DNA of 64,000 bases from Candidatus Omnitrophota bacterium (GCA_041651035.1 JBAZKC010000004.1:8782-72781), one strand, 5' to 3'; positions 17,983-27,226 are shown, counted from the stretch's first letter. Notes: generated by a model from the sequence alone, not told the origin. Translations and numbers: made by a program.

Positions 17983-18165
17983 TTAAGCCACCTTGATAGC
18001 ATTCACAGGGCACTGCTGGGCTACTTCCTGCAAATTATGCGACGCGCAGATCTGCGCCTTTACATGGGCAACCCCATCACCCTGGATCTCAAATACTTCC
18101 GGGCATGATTGTTCGCATAATCCACAGCCTACACAAGTAGAAACATCCACACTTACCTTTGCCAT
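17983..18165 (-). CDS. 4Fe-4S ferredoxin (small, single-cluster type)
   Basis: 60 aa. CVGCGLCEQSCP ... CP motif. GGGAGG RBS. Immediately downstream of the por-bfr block. Confidence 0.8.
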   Translation of the reverse strand: MAKVSVDVSTCVGCGLCEQSCPEVFEIQGDGVAHVKAQICASHNLQEVAQQCPVNAIKVA

Positions 18166-18187
18166 ATTTGTTTAGCCTCCCTTAAAA

Positions 18188-18235
18188 TAATTCGTAAATC
18201 GTAAGCGTTAAAGATAAGTTTACGATTTACGAATT
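18188..18235. promoter_or_regulatory. Perfect 16-bp AT-rich inverted repeat AATTCGTAAATCGTAA-N14-TTACGATTTACGAATT upstream of the ferredoxin gene
   Basis: Seen directly. Lies between the ferritin-like gene and the ferredoxin gene and ends about 15 nt before the ferredoxin RBS. The AT-rich stem makes an intrinsic terminator unlikely, so it is a candidate operator or RNA element. Confidence 0.45.
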
Positions 18236-18251
18236 ATGGTTTACAAACTTT

Positions 18252-18731
18252 TTACCTTTCCAACAAATTTTCAAACATCTCTTCATGCGTTACTTCTTCG
18301 GATAATATGTGCGTTACCAATTGGTAGGTAACATTATCTTTACCCAGCGTCTTCTTGGCGATCTTATTATAAACCTCGATTGCGCCCGCCTCAGCTTCAG
18401 TAACAATACGGATTATCCTGTTTATATCGGCGGTGTTCTTGGGAGGCATCAAATAAGGCTGGTTGGCATGCTTTTCCAATTCCATAGGATTAGCGATAGG
18501 CACATCGCCTAACTTAGTAATCAGGTCGGCTAATTCCTGCGCGTGCTCTAATTCGTCTTTGGCGACTTTGTTCAAGAATTCAGCTATGTCTTCGTAGGCA
18601 TGGCCGGAAACTGTCTGCGCCATATACCAATAAAGATAAAATGCTAACCACTCGTCCGCGTACGCTTTATTTAAATCCTTTACCAGGTCCTTTAAACTCA
18701 AGTCCACTATTGCCCTTGCTTGCTTACCCAT
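18252..18731 (-). CDS. Ferritin-like diiron protein (bacterioferritin/Dps-like superfamily)
   Basis: 159 aa, all-helical. LNKAYADEWLAFYLYWYMAQTV..., DELEHAQELADLI..., EAEAGAIEVY...: paired E/H ligand pattern of the ferritin-like fold. Last gene of the por operon. Confidence 0.6.
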   Translation of the reverse strand: MGKQARAIVDLSLKDLVKDLNKAYADEWLAFYLYWYMAQTVSGHAYEDIAEFLNKVAKDELEHAQELADLITKLGDVPIANPMELEKHANQPYLMPPKNTADINRIIRIVTEAEAGAIEVYNKIAKKTLGKDNVTYQLVTHILSEEVTHEEMFENLLER

Positions 18732-18748
18732 ATAAACCCCTCCTTCTT

Positions 18749-19639
18749 TTATTGGCTTTGCTGGCTTTTAGCCTCAAGGCCATACTTCTTTATATTCTTA
18801 TCCGCTATATCCTGTACCATTTTAATAGCTTCGGGGTTATTAAGCAGATGTTTGAACCTGCCTTGTAGCTTAAGGTATTCTTCGACTGGTTTGGGTGTAA
18901 TAGTCTTGCGGGAAACAAGTACGCCGTTCTCGTATTCAATAAGAGGATAGAGCCCGGTTTCCACCGCTGATCTTGCTACCTCCAGCGTAAGGCTTACTTC
19001 ATAACGCCAGCCCAAAGGACAATACGCGTGCACCTGGATATATTTCGGCCCTTTAATTGATATTGCTTTTTTAACCTTGCGCTGCAAATCCTGGGGGAAT
19101 CCCGCTGAGCAGGTAGCGACATAAGGAATACCGTGCGCGACCGCGATCTCGGGTAAGGGTTTCTTGGGACGGATATTCCCCAACGATTTAGCGCCCACCG
19201 GGCTGGTTGTAGTATTAGTATCAAAAGGGGTGAGCCCGCTGCGCTGAATTCCGGTATTCATATAAGCCTCGTTGTCATAACAGACATACAAAATATCATG
19301 CCCTCTCTCCCACATCCCCGACAATGCCTGTAAGCCTATATCTCCCGTGCTGCCGTCTCCTCCCTGCGCGATAACATTGATGGTATCTTTTTTGCCTAAA
19401 TGAATAAGGGCCGCTTCTACTCCGGAGGCGACAGCCGCCGCGTTCTCAAATAAAGAATGTATCCAGGGTACTCCCCAGGCGGTTTCCGGAAACCGCGTAG
19501 TAAATACCTCCAGGCAACCGGTATTATTTACCACTATAGTATTCGCTCCGGCCGCTTCTATAACTAAGCGCGCGGCCTGAGCCTGGCCGCAGCCGGCGCA
19601 GGCGGTATGCCCTGGCTTAAACAAAACGCTACTCTCCAT
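18749..19639 (-). CDS. porB: Pyruvate:ferredoxin oxidoreductase, beta subunit (TPP-binding)
   Basis: 296 aa. HTACAGCGQA..., GGDGSTGDIGLQAL..., CYDNEAYMNTGIQRS: TPP and Fe-S motifs of PorB. Confidence 0.9.
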   Translation of the reverse strand: MESSVLFKPGHTACAGCGQAQAARLVIEAAGANTIVVNNTGCLEVFTTRFPETAWGVPWIHSLFENAAAVASGVEAALIHLGKKDTINVIAQGGDGSTGDIGLQALSGMWERGHDILYVCYDNEAYMNTGIQRSGLTPFDTNTTTSPVGAKSLGNIRPKKPLPEIAVAHGIPYVATCSAGFPQDLQRKVKKAISIKGPKYIQVHAYCPLGWRYEVSLTLEVARSAVETGLYPLIEYENGVLVSRKTITPKPVEEYLKLQGRFKHLLNNPEAIKMVQDIADKNIKKYGLEAKSQQSQ

Positions 19640-20816
19640 ATTCCTCCCTGAGAAGCTCCGGCTTTAAGTCAATGAATTCCTGGGTAACTTCTTTCTGAGT
19701 AAGTTTCCTGAATATCTCTTTTATGGAATCAGGCGTTATATCCCTGCCTCCTAAACCCGCTATAAAACTGCTGATCGTTTTAGGAGATTTCTTTTTACCG
19801 GAGAATGCCGCTTTTATCTCTACGGCTAACGGCGCGCAAGCCCCCAAAGATACCGCTTTATCCAATACCGCTACCTGCCTGACATCCTTCAATGCTTCAT
19901 AGACCTTAACATAAGGAAAAGGGCGGTAGGATATGATCTTTAATAACCCGACTTTCTTGCCTTTCTTCCTTAATTCATCAATCACTTCCTTAATGGTCCC
20001 GCAGACCGAACCCATGGCTACGACCACCTTCTCCGCGTCTTTAACACAATACTCCTCGATCAAACAATCCTTGTAATCCCGTCCGAATATGCCGGAAAAC
20101 TCTTTGCTGATCTTGGGAAGAAGGCTCAACACATCTTTCATGGTATCCTGTATGGCAAAGCGCGTCTCTAAATAATAATCCGGATCTGCCAGTAAACCCA
20201 TAGTAAGAGGATCAGTAACGTCCAGTTTGTATAAAGGCTTGTAACTGGGCAGGAACTTATCCACCTCTTCCTGCTTGGGAATATCTACAGGTTCCATGCC
20301 GTGCGTTAAGATAAAGCCGTCCATACAGACCATAACCGGCAGGTAAATGGATTTGTCCTCGCTTAAGCGGTAGCCTATTAAATGAAGATCTACCGCCTCT
20401 TGATTATTCTCCGCGTATAATTGTATCCATCCGGCGTCGCGTAAAGATACGGAATCCTGCTGGTCATTCCATATATTGATAGGGGCTGAAATCGCGCGGT
20501 TGGCGCAAGTTAAGACTAAGGGCAGGCGCATCCCGGCGATATTAAAGATCACCTCTGCCATGTAAAACAACCCCTGTGAACTGGTAGCAGTATAAGAACG
20601 CACGCCCGCGGCAACTCCGCCCAAGACAACCGAAGCGGCGGAATGCTCGCTCTCCACATTAACAAACTGGGAATTTAATTCCCCGTTAGAAACCATCAGG
20701 GCTAACTCTTCTACGATATGGGTCTGGGGAGTTATAGGGTAAGCGGAGATGACCCCCGGCTTACACAATTTTATTACCTCGGCAATAGCCCGCGAACCTT
20801 CCAGCAGATCTCTCAC
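19629..20816 (-). CDS. porA: Pyruvate:ferredoxin oxidoreductase, alpha subunit
   Basis: 395 aa. N-terminus ...GSRAIAEVIKLCKPGVISAYPITPQTHIVEEL... is typical of PorA. Overlaps porB and porD. Confidence 0.9.
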   Translation of the reverse strand: MRDLLEGSRAIAEVIKLCKPGVISAYPITPQTHIVEELALMVSNGELNSQFVNVESEHSAASVVLGGVAAGVRSYTATSSQGLFYMAEVIFNIAGMRLPLVLTCANRAISAPINIWNDQQDSVSLRDAGWIQLYAENNQEAVDLHLIGYRLSEDKSIYLPVMVCMDGFILTHGMEPVDIPKQEEVDKFLPSYKPLYKLDVTDPLTMGLLADPDYYLETRFAIQDTMKDVLSLLPKISKEFSGIFGRDYKDCLIEEYCVKDAEKVVVAMGSVCGTIKEVIDELRKKGKKVGLLKIISYRPFPYVKVYEALKDVRQVAVLDKAVSLGACAPLAVEIKAAFSGKKKSPKTISSFIAGLGGRDITPDSIKEIFRKLTQKEVTQEFIDLKPELLREEYGE

Positions 20817-21085
20817 TTTTTCTCTCCTTCAGCCCCTTCTTCTACCATAACAATATCGTCTTTCGGGCAGGTAAGAGCGCAGAGCCCGCAGCCTTTACAA
20901 TAAGTATAATCGCAGGTAAAGGCATTCTTCTCTTTGCCCTCTAAGCACCCTTCCGGACAGATCGCGACACACATCTTGCAGCCGATACAATTCTTCTGCA
21001 GGAACTTCGGCTTTACCCTTATTCTCCAAGCGCCGGTTTTATCCCCTTTGCTTTTAGACGGTTTGACTATTAATGGTCCGAACAT
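20813..21085 (-). CDS. porD: Pyruvate:ferredoxin oxidoreductase, delta subunit (2x[4Fe-4S] ferredoxin)
   Basis: TGAWRIRVKPKFLQKNCIGCKMCVAICP ... CKGCGLCALTCP. Start placed at ATG 21085 to avoid a 56-nt overlap with porG; the ORF could extend to 21154. Confidence 0.8.
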   Translation of the reverse strand: MFGPLIVKPSKSKGDKTGAWRIRVKPKFLQKNCIGCKMCVAICPEGCLEGKEKNAFTCDYTYCKGCGLCALTCPKDDIVMVEEGAEGEKK

Positions 21086-21098
21086 TTTATTCTCTCGA

Positions 21099-21674
21099 TT
21101 ATTTATCCCCGGCCTTGAAAACGCGGGTTGCCGGATACGAACGTATAAATTCATAACCCTGTTTTGCTGCCTGGATATTGCCTTCCTGGGCCTTGCCGCT
21201 GAACCTGCTCTTTATTACCCCCAGGATCGTATCCAGCTTTAATTCCCCGGTTGCCGCGGCAAACGCTCCGATCAAAGCGGTATTACCTAAAGGTTTGCCT
21301 ATTGTCTTAAGGGCGATCTCACTGGCAGGGACCAGGAACGCTTTCTGCCGGGCCTTTAATTTAGGTATCTCCAGGCCCTGGCTGCCGTTTATAATAGCAA
21401 CTCCGTCTTCTTTGAGCCCGGAAAAACAGTTGTAGCCGCGGATAAGGGTGGGATCCACGATTAAAATAAAATCCGGTTCATAGATCTGGCTCCTGAGCCT
21501 GACCGGTTTGGAGTCTACGCGCACAAAAGCGTTCATAGGCGCGCCCATCCTGGCCGCGCCAAAATGCGGGAAGGCATAAGGATACATTCCTTCCTTAAAA
21601 TATGTCTGCCCCAGCAGGACTGCCGTGGTAATCGCTCCCTGCCCGGCGCGGGCATGTATACGTATCTCTTTCAT
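21099..21674 (-). CDS. porG: Pyruvate:ferredoxin oxidoreductase, gamma subunit
   Basis: 191 aa. MKEIRIHARAGQGAITTAVLLGQTYFKEG...: PorG signature. Operon order porG-porD-porA-porB. Confidence 0.9.
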   Translation of the reverse strand: MKEIRIHARAGQGAITTAVLLGQTYFKEGMYPYAFPHFGAARMGAPMNAFVRVDSKPVRLRSQIYEPDFILIVDPTLIRGYNCFSGLKEDGVAIINGSQGLEIPKLKARQKAFLVPASEIALKTIGKPLGNTALIGAFAAATGELKLDTILGVIKSRFSGKAQEGNIQAAKQGYEFIRSYPATRVFKAGDK

Positions 21675-21760
21675 GCGTTAAGCTCCACTAAGATAAAGAA
21701 AAACATTTAACTATATTATAGTCTTTAGGCTGCTTTGTCAAATAATTTATTTTTGGGAGT

Positions 21761-22801
21761 TTAGCCGTATTTTCTCATTAAAGAAGAGACTTCGGCAAGA
21801 AGCTTAAATACCTTCTCGGATTTCTCCGGTGTGAAAGTGCCTAATCCGCAGCTTGAGCTAAGCAGCATGTTCTCTAATAATAAATTTTCCTCCAGCCCCC
21901 TGTCTTTCAGCCTAAAGATACCGTCTCTGATCTTCCTGATCAGTAATTCCGCGGTCTCCTCCCCTGTAAATAGCTGTGTAGGGACTATACCCCAGCAAAG
22001 AATGCCTCCCCGCCCCAGAAAATCTTTTAGATTATCGCTATAAAGGACCAGCCTGTCCAGGAAGTCGAAGGCGTCAAAACTTATTATATCTATTTTCGGG
22101 ACATCCATAAATATCGACCAGTCAGTGTTACCGCAGCAATGGACCCCTAATAAAACATCCGGGGATTTTACGGCTTCTGTTAATTCCGACAATACCCTTA
22201 CCACGTCTTCCCTGTTTACGGGCGTGTAAGCGGAGCCAAAACTGCTCAGGTAAGGCTCGTCAAAGAACATAATCATCTTTTTGCCGAATTTCCTGAACAT
22301 ATTTATCTGCCAATTAGCCTTCATGATCAGCCCTTTTAAAACAACCTGCAGGAGCACTTCATCATGCAAAAGAGGATTTCCCAGGTCATCCTTTATGCTT
22401 GAGGCGAAGGTAAAAGGCCCGGTCACCTGGCACTTGATAAACTTTGTATCCCCCAAAGGCCCTAGATTCTCCAGCCTTTGATAGAACTTATGCAGGCCTA
22501 AAGCGTATTCCTGGCTTATCTTGAAATGATCTATGTCATTGGCGATTATCTTCTCATAGAACGCCTCCAATTCCTTATCTTTGGCGTCCAGCATCGAGAA
22601 ATTAAGGCCGTCTTTATCTACTTTCAGAAAAGGGAAATTTTCGCTGAACTGGGCGATCATGCCTTCGCGGATATCCCGTTTAGGCAGCTGCGGCCAGAAG
22701 GGGATCTCAGGCAGGTATTTAAAGATCAGATTTATCGCGCTGTCCGCGTCTTTATGCGGCAGGCTCCCTATGCCCATAGCTAATCCCTTTAATTCTTGCA
22801 T
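21761..22801 (-). CDS. UroD/MetE-like (cobalamin-independent methionine synthase C-domain-like) methyltransferase family protein
   Basis: 346 aa. MIMFFDEPYL (IxxDEP motif), GVHCCGNTDW (His-x-Cys), and a late SSSCGLG Cys, matching the zinc-ligand pattern of short MetE / MtaA-UroD superfamily enzymes. Exact substrate unknown. Confidence 0.5.
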   Translation of the reverse strand: MQELKGLAMGIGSLPHKDADSAINLIFKYLPEIPFWPQLPKRDIREGMIAQFSENFPFLKVDKDGLNFSMLDAKDKELEAFYEKIIANDIDHFKISQEYALGLHKFYQRLENLGPLGDTKFIKCQVTGPFTFASSIKDDLGNPLLHDEVLLQVVLKGLIMKANWQINMFRKFGKKMIMFFDEPYLSSFGSAYTPVNREDVVRVLSELTEAVKSPDVLLGVHCCGNTDWSIFMDVPKIDIISFDAFDFLDRLVLYSDNLKDFLGRGGILCWGIVPTQLFTGEETAELLIRKIRDGIFRLKDRGLEENLLLENMLLSSSCGLGTFTPEKSEKVFKLLAEVSSLMRKYG

Positions 22802-22816
22802 AATAGCTTTCTCCCC

Positions 22817-23515
22817 CTAAAATCCAAGGCTCTCGCCAACCAGAATAACCCTTAACCTGTCCGGCACAGCTTCCGCCTCAATAGTCAAAACCTGGCAACA
22901 CATCCTTTTATTCTCAGGAAGGAAGCAAACTTCTTGCCGGCAGGCCCCGTCTTTAAGGCAGGCTGAACTCCAATTAAGCCTCTTACAATTAAGCGGCGTA
23001 GCGTATTCTCTGGAGCGCTTAAGCGCCTCATTGATATCCGTTGTGATCTTATTAATACCGCAGGCTACTATAACATTTTTAGCGTAAGAAATACCGGCGA
23101 TACGGTTGCCGTAGGCGCTAAAAAATACCAATTCCCCCTGGCCGGAAACAGCATTAGCGCTGGCAAGATAATAATCGGCCTGGCTGCCCTGCCTTCTTAA
23201 TTCCATACTCTCCTGCCGGCTTATGCCGGATCTATATTGATTAAACACCTTGTTGCCGCGCTCTTCCAAACTCTTTACTATTCCCAGCTGGTCTAAAGTC
23301 AGGGAACCGGAGATCCCCACAGTAGCATCTTGAGGGATAACCGCCATTATTTTATCCACCGCTTTGCCCTTATCAGCGCAATAAAACCCGAGGATATTAC
23401 GTTTCCGCCAGCTTTCGATCAAATTATCTATTCTTTTATCCACCTTTTTGCTTTCTTGTTTAAGGAGCCAGCTGCCGGTATGTCCCCTTAGGGAAAGAGT
23501 GGCCGTTAAAAACAA
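22817..23515 (-). CDS. LUD-domain (lactate-utilisation LutC/YkgG-like, DUF162) protein with Cys-rich C-terminus
   Basis: 232 aa. ...ATVGISGSLTLDQLGIV... core and a C-terminal CxxxxxC...CC cluster. Overlaps the upstream tlpA-like gene by 56 nt, so the start is uncertain. Confidence 0.55.
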   Translation of the reverse strand: MFLTATLSLRGHTGSWLLKQESKKVDKRIDNLIESWRKRNILGFYCADKGKAVDKIMAVIPQDATVGISGSLTLDQLGIVKSLEERGNKVFNQYRSGISRQESMELRRQGSQADYYLASANAVSGQGELVFFSAYGNRIAGISYAKNVIVACGINKITTDINEALKRSREYATPLNCKRLNWSSACLKDGACRQEVCFLPENKRMCCQVLTIEAEAVPDRLRVILVGESLGF

Positions 23516-23951
23516 CGCGGCCTTGCTTGTCTACGATAAAATAAGTAGGCACGCCTAAAACATCGTAAGAATCTGCCGCAGCCCCGTCTTTATCCAAAAG
23601 AACCTTAAAATTTAAGGCGATATCTTTTACAACCTTGCTTACCTTATAGGGAGATTCACCTACATTGACCGCGAACAATTCCCATCCTTCTTTCGCTAAC
23701 TGCGGGTAAATATCCCTTAGCTCCCTCAATTCCTTCCGGCAGTAAGGGCACCAGGTTGTCCAGAAAAACAGGACCACCGGCTGTTTATGTTTGTAGCTGG
23801 ATAAAGTAAAAGCCTGCTGGCTTAGGTCCTCTAACTTAAAATCCGGCGCTATATTCCTGGTTGCCGGGGCCGGTTCTTGGGCCTGCGCGCAGGGAATATT
23901 AAATATAGAAACCAGGCCAAATATAAAAAGCGCTCTTAAGTAATTTCTCAT
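23460..23951 (-). CDS. Periplasmic thiol:disulfide oxidoreductase, TlpA/ResA family
   Basis: Signal peptide, then a thioredoxin fold with WTTWCPYCRKELREL (WCxxC). Confidence 0.85.
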   Translation of the reverse strand: MRNYLRALFIFGLVSIFNIPCAQAQEPAPATRNIAPDFKLEDLSQQAFTLSSYKHKQPVVLFFWTTWCPYCRKELRELRDIYPQLAKEGWELFAVNVGESPYKVSKVVKDIALNFKVLLDKDGAAADSYDVLGVPTYFIVDKQGRVVFNGHSFPKGTYRQLAP

Positions 23952-23953
23952 CC

Positions 23954-24622
23954 TTATAGTTTATTTAATCCGGTAAAGATAAAATAAATACCCATCCCTA
24001 TCAGCGCGAAAGAGAATAACCTCTTCACATAGAGCATCCATTTCCCTGATCTCGGAAGGCTGGCTAATACGGCGCTGAAAGTCCCTGCCAGGATCAATAC
24101 CAGCCCCATACCATAGGCAAAACTAAATAATAGAGCCGCCCCGTATAAGAGATTATTTTTCGCGGCTAAATAAAACAATATTGACCCCAGCACAGGGGTT
24201 AAGCAAGGTGAAACTACCAGGCCGGAACTCAAGCCCAATATAAACGTGGAAAAATAGCTTTGTTTTTCGGGCTTGGAGAATTTAATTACGCCGGGCAGAG
24301 GTATCATAAATAAGTCTAACATAGAAAGGCCAAATAATATAATCACCCCGCCGGCAATAATATGAGTTACGGGATGAGAACTGATCTTCCCAAAAACAGT
24401 CCCGGTCAATGATGCTAATAACCCCAATATGGAATAAGTAACCGCCACGCCCGTAACATATACCAGGCTCAAAAAGAGGCCTCTGGGCTTAGACCCGCCG
24501 GCCTTTATCCCGATGAAACCGGCGCTAACAGGGATAAGCGGGTATACGCAGGGAGTAAAGCTTGCCAGGATGCCGCCTACGAACGCTATAATGTAATCAA
24601 CAGGGCTACCTGACAGATTCAT
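23954..24622 (-). CDS. ccdA: Cytochrome c-type biogenesis / thiol-disulfide transporter CcdA (DsbD beta-domain family)
   Basis: 222 aa, polytopic. FTPCVYPLIP and a second conserved Cys in ...VVSPCLTPVLG. Confidence 0.85.
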   Translation of the reverse strand: MNLSGSPVDYIIAFVGGILASFTPCVYPLIPVSAGFIGIKAGGSKPRGLFLSLVYVTGVAVTYSILGLLASLTGTVFGKISSHPVTHIIAGGVIILFGLSMLDLFMIPLPGVIKFSKPEKQSYFSTFILGLSSGLVVSPCLTPVLGSILFYLAAKNNLLYGAALLFSFAYGMGLVLILAGTFSAVLASLPRSGKWMLYVKRLFSFALIGMGIYFIFTGLNKL

Positions 24623-24920
24623 TTATCCATCTCAAATAAGGTTTATAACCGTCAGTTACCGGCAGCGCTATTATCTCCGGGACCTGGTAGCTATGCATAG
24701 ACTTAACGAGTTCTATGATCTTGGGTAATTTTGTCTTCTGTGATTTTATCATTAAGAATACTTCGTTTGCCCGGTCAACCTTATCTTCCCACCAGAAAAA
24801 AGATTCCACCTGGCCCAGGATATTAACACAAGCGGCAAGTTTATTGCTCAGGAGTTTTAAAGAGATACGCCGGGCCTCTTTCTTGTTCGCGCAGGTAACA
24901 AAGATTACTATGGCATTCAT
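24606..24920 (-). CDS. cutA: Divalent-cation tolerance protein CutA
   Basis: 104 aa; CutA1 fold sequence (...CVNILGQVESFFWWEDKVDRANEVFLMIKS...). Confidence 0.85.
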   Translation of the reverse strand: MNAIVIFVTCANKKEARRISLKLLSNKLAACVNILGQVESFFWWEDKVDRANEVFLMIKSQKTKLPKIIELVKSMHSYQVPEIIALPVTDGYKPYLRWINESVR

Positions 24921-25020
24921 ATGGTCTCCTAAAGGATTACCTTAGATAATCATACCATGGATAAGCATGGCGTTCAAGATATCTAAGCCTTCCAGCCTTA
25001 CCGCGGATCCTTACCGGACC

Positions 25021-25260
25021 TTATTTAACTTCACTGGCCTTAACTGTCCTTATTCTTCCGAATTGGGCGCAGATATCAAATATGATCTCGGGCTCTTCGG
25101 TATTTATACGCACCTTGAAATCTCTGCCCTTGGTATTAGTACCCTGGCAAAGATCACTGATCTCCAAACCTTCCCCGAATTCCGCCAGGGAATTCTTAAC
25201 TGCCCCCGGAGACGGCTCATGCATATGCAGGATAAATTCTAAGCGTAATTTTTGCGTCAT
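25021..25260 (-). CDS. Small conserved hypothetical protein (79 aa)
   Basis: The ATG at 25260 overlaps the TGA of the upstream pgeF (ATGA), indicating translational coupling. MTQKLRLEFILHMHEP...GRDFKVRINTEEPEIIFDICAQFGRIRTV has alpha/beta ACT/DUF493-like character. No confident family assignment. Confidence 0.45.
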   Translation of the reverse strand: MTQKLRLEFILHMHEPSPGAVKNSLAEFGEGLEISDLCQGTNTKGRDFKVRINTEEPEIIFDICAQFGRIRTVKASEVK

Positions 25261-26024
25261 GTTAACATGATCACAGACATAGTCCTGCCGCAACTCTTAT
25301 CTTCTTTACGATAAGAGAAGAATTCCCCGTTACAGCAGGATGTGCAGATATGGGGATCAAAAATATTATCTTCTCTAACCCCTAATCCTAAAACCTGTTT
25401 TTTGTTGCACCGGGCCAGATCCAGATAATGACGTTCATCTCTCCTGTCAAGCTCGCCTGGGAAAGAGCCGGCAAAATCTCCGCTTACTTCATAACAACAC
25501 CCTCTTATCGCCGGGCCAAAACCCACATATAGGTTTGAAGGATCGGTTTTAAATAATTCCCGCATGTATCGCACTGTTTTTATCAGGATATTTTCTTTCG
25601 TGCCCCGCCAACCCGCGTGTACCAGGCCGATAGCCGGCGTTACCGGATCATATAAATATACGCAGAGGCAATCAGCGGTAAATATGGCTAAGGGTAACTT
25701 TCTCTTATCGGTTACCAAGGCATCGGTGTCAGGCAATGCTGTATCAAAAGATAAAGCGCCTTTGCCTTTATCTTCCTCTTTTGCGTACCTGATCCGGCTG
25801 CCGTGGACCTGTTGGGCGCAGACTAACTTTTGATGGTCTATCCCCAAATCCATCAAAAAACCTTGGCGGTTCTTAAGTGAACCGCGGGTATTCCCATAGT
25901 TTAAAGACATATTGCCCATATGCCGCCTGCTAAAGGCATAAACCAGGCCTGAAGCTGGAAAGTTATCCAATAAATAACGCGCCTTATTTTTAAGAAGTGC
26001 TGGTTGAGGCATTGATCTTAACAA
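25257..26024 (-). CDS. pgeF: Laccase-domain protein PgeF/YfiH (purine nucleoside phosphorylase LACC1 family)
   Basis: 255 aa. ...QQVHGSRI..., ALVTDKRKLPLAIFTADCLCVYL..., GLVHAGWRGT: conserved His/Cys/His triad context. Confidence 0.85.
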   Translation of the reverse strand: MLRSMPQPALLKNKARYLLDNFPASGLVYAFSRRHMGNMSLNYGNTRGSLKNRQGFLMDLGIDHQKLVCAQQVHGSRIRYAKEEDKGKGALSFDTALPDTDALVTDKRKLPLAIFTADCLCVYLYDPVTPAIGLVHAGWRGTKENILIKTVRYMRELFKTDPSNLYVGFGPAIRGCCYEVSGDFAGSFPGELDRRDERHYLDLARCNKKQVLGLGVREDNIFDPHICTSCCNGEFFSYRKEDKSCGRTMSVIMLT

Positions 26025-26223
26025 GCTTATTCCTGGATTTAGCGCCTTTAATGATCTGGATTTGATATTTCTTTACTTTCAGGTGGCTGGATAATACGTC
26101 TATTAACTGTTGATTGGCAAGGCCTTCGTGCGGGGCTTTAGTCAAATATACTTTAAGGCCGCGGCTATCTTCTTTAACTAAATTCCTGCTCGCCTTTGGC
26201 ACTACGCGGATACTTAAGATCAT
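25990..26223 (-). CDS. DUF167 (YggU/UPF0235) family protein
   Basis: MILSIRVVPKASRNLVKEDSRGLKVYLTKAPHEGLANQQLIDVL...: DUF167 signature. Start placed at the internal ATG. Overlaps the pgeF N-terminus. Confidence 0.7.
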   Translation of the reverse strand: MILSIRVVPKASRNLVKEDSRGLKVYLTKAPHEGLANQQLIDVLSSHLKVKKYQIQIIKGAKSRNKLVKINASTSTS

Positions 26224-26264
26224 TTCCTGGCTGCGCATAGAATATCCGGAATTCAGGCCTCTTT

Positions 26265-27197
26265 CTATTTTTCCTCTATTTGTTTAGCATCATGGATGCT
26301 TGTCAATCTATCCGAAAGCCTATCCAGCCTTTTTTGGCTGTCTTCGTATTTATTCCTGGCGTTTACCAGATGGCCGCCCAAAGTATCAAAATCTTCTTTG
26401 AACTTGTTGATCTCTATGGTTAACGTGCTCAAGGTTTTTAATATCGCCTTGGCGTTCTCTTCTATTTTTAAACCTTTCAGCCCCATGCAAATGACCTGAA
26501 GATAGGCATAGAAGGTATTTGGCGAGACGGGGATGACCTTTCTGGCCATGCAATAGGAAAAAAGGTCTTCTTTAATGATAACCTCGTAATAAACATTCTC
26601 GGCAGGCACATACATCAACGCGAAATCGTAAGTATTCTCCTGAGGCAGGATATATTTCTCCGATATCTCGTCTACACGGTTCTTTACATCCTGAAGGAAC
26701 TTTTTCCGATGCGCGTTCTTTTGCTGCTCATCCTGGGTATCCAGCATCTTCTGAAAATTCTCCAGGCTGAATTTCGCGTCAATGGAAACAAGGCGCTCTC
26801 CCAGGCAGATTGCGGCGTCTACGGTTTCACCTGACTTAAAGCGATACTGGATATGAAAATGTTCCTTGGGCAGGACCTGCGTTAGCAGATTCTCCAGAAG
26901 CGTCTCACCCATCTGGCCCCTGAACTTGGGCGCGCGCAGAAGCTCCTGAAAACTGGTTAGATTTTTGTTGAATTCCAGTATCTGGGCATTGGTTGCTTCC
27001 AGCCTGCCTAACTGCTCTTTGACATTGCCGAATATATTGGTGGCACTGCTTAAGCTCTGGCCCATAGTGTTATGGGCCGCCTGAAGGGTTTGGTTCATCT
27101 GGTTTAAGCGCTCGTTAACCTGGGAGGATATCTTAAGAACGATAAGGATCACCGCTAGCGCGAAAATAAAGAATAGAATTACCGTAAGCCAGATCAT
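26265..27197 (-). CDS. rmuC: DNA recombination protein RmuC
   Basis: 310 aa. N-terminal TM helix, coiled coil, and an RmuC nuclease-like C-domain (...ETVDAAICLGERLVSIDAKFSLENF...). Confidence 0.8.
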   Translation of the reverse strand: MIWLTVILFFIFALAVILIVLKISSQVNERLNQMNQTLQAAHNTMGQSLSSATNIFGNVKEQLGRLEATNAQILEFNKNLTSFQELLRAPKFRGQMGETLLENLLTQVLPKEHFHIQYRFKSGETVDAAICLGERLVSIDAKFSLENFQKMLDTQDEQQKNAHRKKFLQDVKNRVDEISEKYILPQENTYDFALMYVPAENVYYEVIIKEDLFSYCMARKVIPVSPNTFYAYLQVICMGLKGLKIEENAKAILKTLSTLTIEINKFKEDFDTLGGHLVNARNKYEDSQKRLDRLSDRLTSIHDAKQIEEK

Positions 27198-27226
27198 GCT
27201 ATTATTATACCACCTCTTTTATTTTC

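Noticed and set aside
24967-25242. 91-aa plus-strand ORF opposite the small 25021-25260 gene
   Set aside because: The minus-strand reading is preferred because its ATG overlaps the TGA of pgeF (ATGA coupling) and it keeps the strand of every neighbouring gene. The plus ORF has no RBS.
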